NCBI RefSeq assembly: GCF_000621645.1
Contig: NZ_JHXR01000001.1
Span: 150,001 to 182,000 of the forward strand
Reading direction: 5' to 3'
Source: Vibrio cholerae ATCC 14035
GTDB taxonomy: Bacteria; Pseudomonadota; Gammaproteobacteria; Enterobacterales; Vibrionaceae
Length of the DNA: 32,000 bases
Shown: positions 28,554-32,000 of the stretch, piece by piece
How the letters are laid out: the number at the start of each line of letters is the position of its first letter
Position numbering within the stretch: position 1 is the first letter of the stretch
Position numbers and translations under genes: made by a program
Notes under the pieces: model-generated
The model's input: the letters and a program-made list of their open reading frames with translations, nothing else
Told to the model about the DNA's origin: nothing
The model's database searches: none

Positions 28554-28576
28554 AAGTGCTGCTTATATCGAGAGGA

Positions 28577-29467
28577 CTATTGAGCTTGGCTAGTGATTTG
28601 AGTGACTAGCTGATGATTTTGCCCCGGCTGTAAGGTGATACCCTCTGCCAAAGACGGCGCATGCAGTGTTGATTCCACACACAAAAAGTGTAAGTAACCC
28701 TCATCATTCATGTCGGCCATCGATTGAGCACCTTGTTGCCAAGGATTCCACAACACCGCGGAGTTATGACCTTGATTTTCAACGGTTAGCGTGCGAGCTA
28801 ATGCGGGGTCTTGCACTGTGATCAAGGGTTCGGGTTGCGTGTAAACACGGTCTATCGCGTCAGTGAGAGTGAGCAAACCGTGCTGAGTACATAGACGACT
28901 GTTTTGTAGGCTATCAATATACTCCGTTCCCACACCTGAGGTTTGCGTTTCACGAATATCACCCACGTGCAGATAAGTGTGCAGAGCCCCAGAGAAGGTC
29001 CATGCTTTTGAATCCGTGTTAGTCACATCAAGTGTCACAGTCAAGCTCTCACGGATTTCCACGTGCAATCGAACGTCAAATTGATATGGCCAAATGGCTA
29101 AGCTCTCTGGCGTGGCTTGCAAGCCGAGAGTGACGATAACGCCTTGCTCATTTTCCCTGTGTTCGATCAGTTTCCATTCTTGGTTCCGTGCAAAACCATG
29201 TGCCGGGGCGGCAATACGACCAAACCATGGCCAGCAAACCGGAATACCACCGCGTAGTGCGGCTTTGCCATCGTAAATAGCTTGTGAGCTCATCCACAGC
29301 AAGTCAGCTTGACCTTTTGGCTGAAAGGAGAGGACATGGCCACCGTGTAGTGAGATAGCGGCGCTGGCTTTGTCATGAATGACGCGTACGATTTTGACTT
29401 GATCTTGCTCAGCTATGGTGACGCAATCAGACAATGTTGTGACGGTTTTCAAAGAGAGTAAATCCAT
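28577..29467 (-). CDS. yeaD: D-hexose-6-phosphate mutarotase (glucose-6-phosphate 1-epimerase), YeaD family
   Basis: 296 aa of the aldose-1-epimerase superfamily (GGIPVCWPWFG, HGFAR, ALHTYL). The position immediately downstream of gapA is conserved. Confidence 0.9.
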   Translation of the reverse strand: MDLLSLKTVTTLSDCVTIAEQDQVKIVRVIHDKASAAISLHGGHVLSFQPKGQADLLWMSSQAIYDGKAALRGGIPVCWPWFGRIAAPAHGFARNQEWKLIEHRENEQGVIVTLGLQATPESLAIWPYQFDVRLHVEIRESLTVTLDVTNTDSKAWTFSGALHTYLHVGDIRETQTSGVGTEYIDSLQNSRLCTQHGLLTLTDAIDRVYTQPEPLITVQDPALARTLTVENQGHNSAVLWNPWQQGAQSMADMNDEGYLHFLCVESTLHAPSLAEGITLQPGQNHQLVTQITSQAQ

Positions 29468-29556
29468 CTTAGTTTCCTTGAGTCTGCGTTTTGGCTAGCT
29501 CTGAGATTTGGTGAAATAGCGAGCAAAAGACTCGGAAACACCAATACTCAGACACC

Positions 29557-29584
29557 AAAAAGGCGACTCTAGAGTCGCCTTTTT
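29557..29584 (-). terminator. Intrinsic terminator after gapA
   Basis: aaaaAGGCGACTC-ta-GAGTCGCCTtttt is a 20-bp perfect palindrome with A4 and T4 flanks. Confidence 0.85.
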
Positions 29585-29614
29585 GTCTAACGAATTTCTT
29601 CGCTAATCACTACA

Positions 29615-30673
<1,059 letters not shown>

Positions 30674-30689
30674 TTAAAAGCTGCAACAG

Positions 30690-30718
30690 ATAATCGGACT
30701 TAACTTGTTTAAAGTCAA
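30690..30718 (-). promoter_or_regulatory. Candidate gapA sigma70 promoter (TTGACT-N17-GATTAT)
   Basis: Minus-strand TTGACT (30718-30713), a 17-nt spacer, and GATTAT (30695-30690). An A/T-tract (UP-like) lies immediately upstream at 30719-30740. Confidence 0.4.
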
Positions 30719-30909
30719 AAAAAAGCGTCGCTTTTTTTCACAATCGTTTGCAACTGATTAACTTTTAAACTTGAGCCTGCTTTTTATGCTTACCAATTGA
30801 CGTAGAATGTGGCGATGGTTAAGTACCGCACACACTAAAAAATCTTGCTCAAAATAGAGTGAAAAAGTATGTGCCACAAACTCTGAATTAGGCAAGTTTT
30901 TCACAAAAA

Positions 30910-31353
30910 ATGGTCAGTGAAGCGATAAGTAAAAAGGAAATAGAAAGGGTGAAATTCGAATCAAAAGATCTGCACAAGCCTGATGAATACTGGCGTGAGC
31001 ACCTGACGGAAGAGGCGTTTTATGTCTGCCGCCAACAGGGGACAGAAGCACCATACTCAGGTAAGTTGTTACACAATAAAGACACGGGTCTTTACCACTG
31101 TACCTGTTGCCAAAGCGCTCTGTTTAGCTCTGAAAATAAATACGATTCGGGCTGCGGTTGGCCAAGTTTTGATGCGCCGATTAATGAACAGGTGATACGC
31201 TTTTTGGATGACTTTAGTCACGGAATGGTGCGTACCGAAATTCGTTGTGCAGCCTGTGATAGCCACCTTGGACATGTTTTTGAAGACGGTCCTAAGACGA
31301 CAGGATTGAGATTTTGTGTTAACTCGGTGTCGTTAATTTTCAACAAAAAGTGA
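30910..31353 (+). CDS. msrB: Peptide-methionine (R)-S-oxide reductase MsrB
   Basis: 147-aa ORF with the Zn motifs CTCC and CAAC, plus GCGWPSF and [10 protein letters not shown]...RFCVNS. There is no clear SD at 30910. An alternative GTG start at 30949 sits behind GAAAGG. Confidence 0.88.
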
Positions 31354-31354
31354 A

Positions 31355-31476
31355 TATTGCCAGACGACTTGGAGTGTTAGGTGGGTGCCAAGTGAGTTCA
31401 TCCCCGAGCACCAATAGGTTATGCGATGGGAAATAACCGCCGTCAACAGCGCTGCATCTTTAAGTCGGAAGGGATC
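31355..31476 (-). repeat. Degenerate ERIC/IRU-like element (copy 4, inverted relative to copies 1-3)
   Basis: TATTGCCAGACGACTTGGAGTGTTAGGTGGGTGCCAAGTGAGTTCATCCCCGAGCACCAATAGG...CAACAGCGCTGCATCTTTAAGTCGGAAGGGAT aligns along its length with the reverse complement of copy 3 (TATACCCAAACAACTTGAAGTTGCAGGTAGGCGGCAAATGAGTGAATCCCCATGAGCATAGATACG...CAACACCGCTGCAGCTTCAAGTAGGAAGGGTAT). Confidence 0.6.
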
Positions 31477-31513
31477 AGCGGCCAAGAAATTCGCCGCTGA
31501 TTTCCGAGGCACT

Positions 31514-32000
31514 TCACCCTTCGTTAGGTTTAGGCAGGGTAGTCTTGGTGTAACTGCCGTTACGGATCGTTTTAGCAATCGTGCTGGCAGTATCATCCAA
31601 TGCGGCAAACTTCTCTTGGCTAAAACCGTAAAGCCGTTTCATTTCTGTTGTGGACGCAACCGAAACCCCAAACTCTTTGCCAATCATTGCCCACAGATAA
31701 GCATGCTCTTTATCATGCAGAGCATGGTAGTTACTGGCTAAGGCTTTCAATATCTCAATATTGACGGGTTGACCATTGCTGAGCTCAAGTGTTTTATGCA
31801 GCAGCTCGATGGTTTTCGGTTTATCGCGGTCAGTGTAAAAAGTGGCGAGGGCGTACTGCATCTCGGCCGTTTCTAATTCAGGCTTACCTTCCAACTGCAA
31901 AAAGGCACGCCGCGCCGCGTGATCACCAATCTGACTCCACAAGAAATAGAGTGCTTGTGGTGAATTGGATTGTTTCAGTTCAGCCACGATACGTTCTTGC
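31514..32000 (-). CDS. Hypothetical protein (helical, possibly repeat-containing); N-terminus probably outside the window
   Basis: The ORF is open from the window end to the stop at 31514. The first listed start is a GTG at 31987, but the frame continues with no stop to position 32000. No family recognised. Confidence 0.55.
   Translation of the reverse strand, partial: QERIVAELKQSNSPQALYFLWSQIGDHAARRAFLQLEGKPELETAEMQYALATFYTDRDKPKTIELLHKTLELSNGQPVNIEILKALASNYHALHDKEHAYLWAMIGKEFGVSVASTTEMKRLYGFSQEKFAALDDTASTIAKTIRNGSYTKTTLPKPNEG

Noticed and set aside
28409-28609. 66-aa ORF (+), also 21583-21969 (+) and 22118-22339 (-)
   Set aside because: They read through ERIC-like repeat sequence, run antisense to pykA, or cross the mlc promoter region. 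They have no SD and no family resemblance.

Overview
The window reads as a conserved, mostly housekeeping chromosomal segment of a Vibrio. From memory, gene order and several protein sequences (for example FabG, MSQFMNLEGKVALVTGASRGIGKA...) look like Vibrio cholerae chromosome I; a BLAST search is needed to confirm this. Left to right: the 5' half of rne (minus strand, runs off the window) with its long leader; rluC; yceF (maf); yceD-rpmF-plsX-fabH-fabD-fabG-acpP-fabF; the overlapping chain pabC-mltG-tmk-holB-ycfH; and ptsG. The right half is less uniform: an NSS (SNF) sodium symporter with an unlisted 33-codon small subunit ORF, an outer-membrane beta-barrel gene, an unlisted 29-codon YnhF-like ORF, a YjjU-like patatin, pykA, mlc, cheV, a 118-aa tail-anchored hypothetical, a ChaN-family lipoprotein, rlmA, a second OMP, yeaD, gapA, msrB and a partial hypothetical gene. 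I found no rRNA, tRNA, CRISPR array, IS element, transposase, integrase or prophage gene. The only repeat family is four ERIC/IRU-like palindromic intergenic elements (about 120-170 bp). I see no convincing multi-gene novel system such as a defence island, toxin-antitoxin pair or secretion module. The best leads are small-scale: three short ORFs missing from the ORF track (rpmF, a MetS-like NSS small subunit, ynhF-like); ERIC elements inside mRNA leaders and a terminator; a candidate Fur box plus an SD-sequestering hairpin in front of the ChaN gene; a tail-anchored protein with a FlgM-like motif next to cheV; two possibly leaderless mRNAs (rluC, yceD); and an unexplained 410-bp non-coding stretch with direct repeats upstream of the NSS transporter. 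All regulatory calls come from motif reading by eye and need experimental or comparative confirmation.
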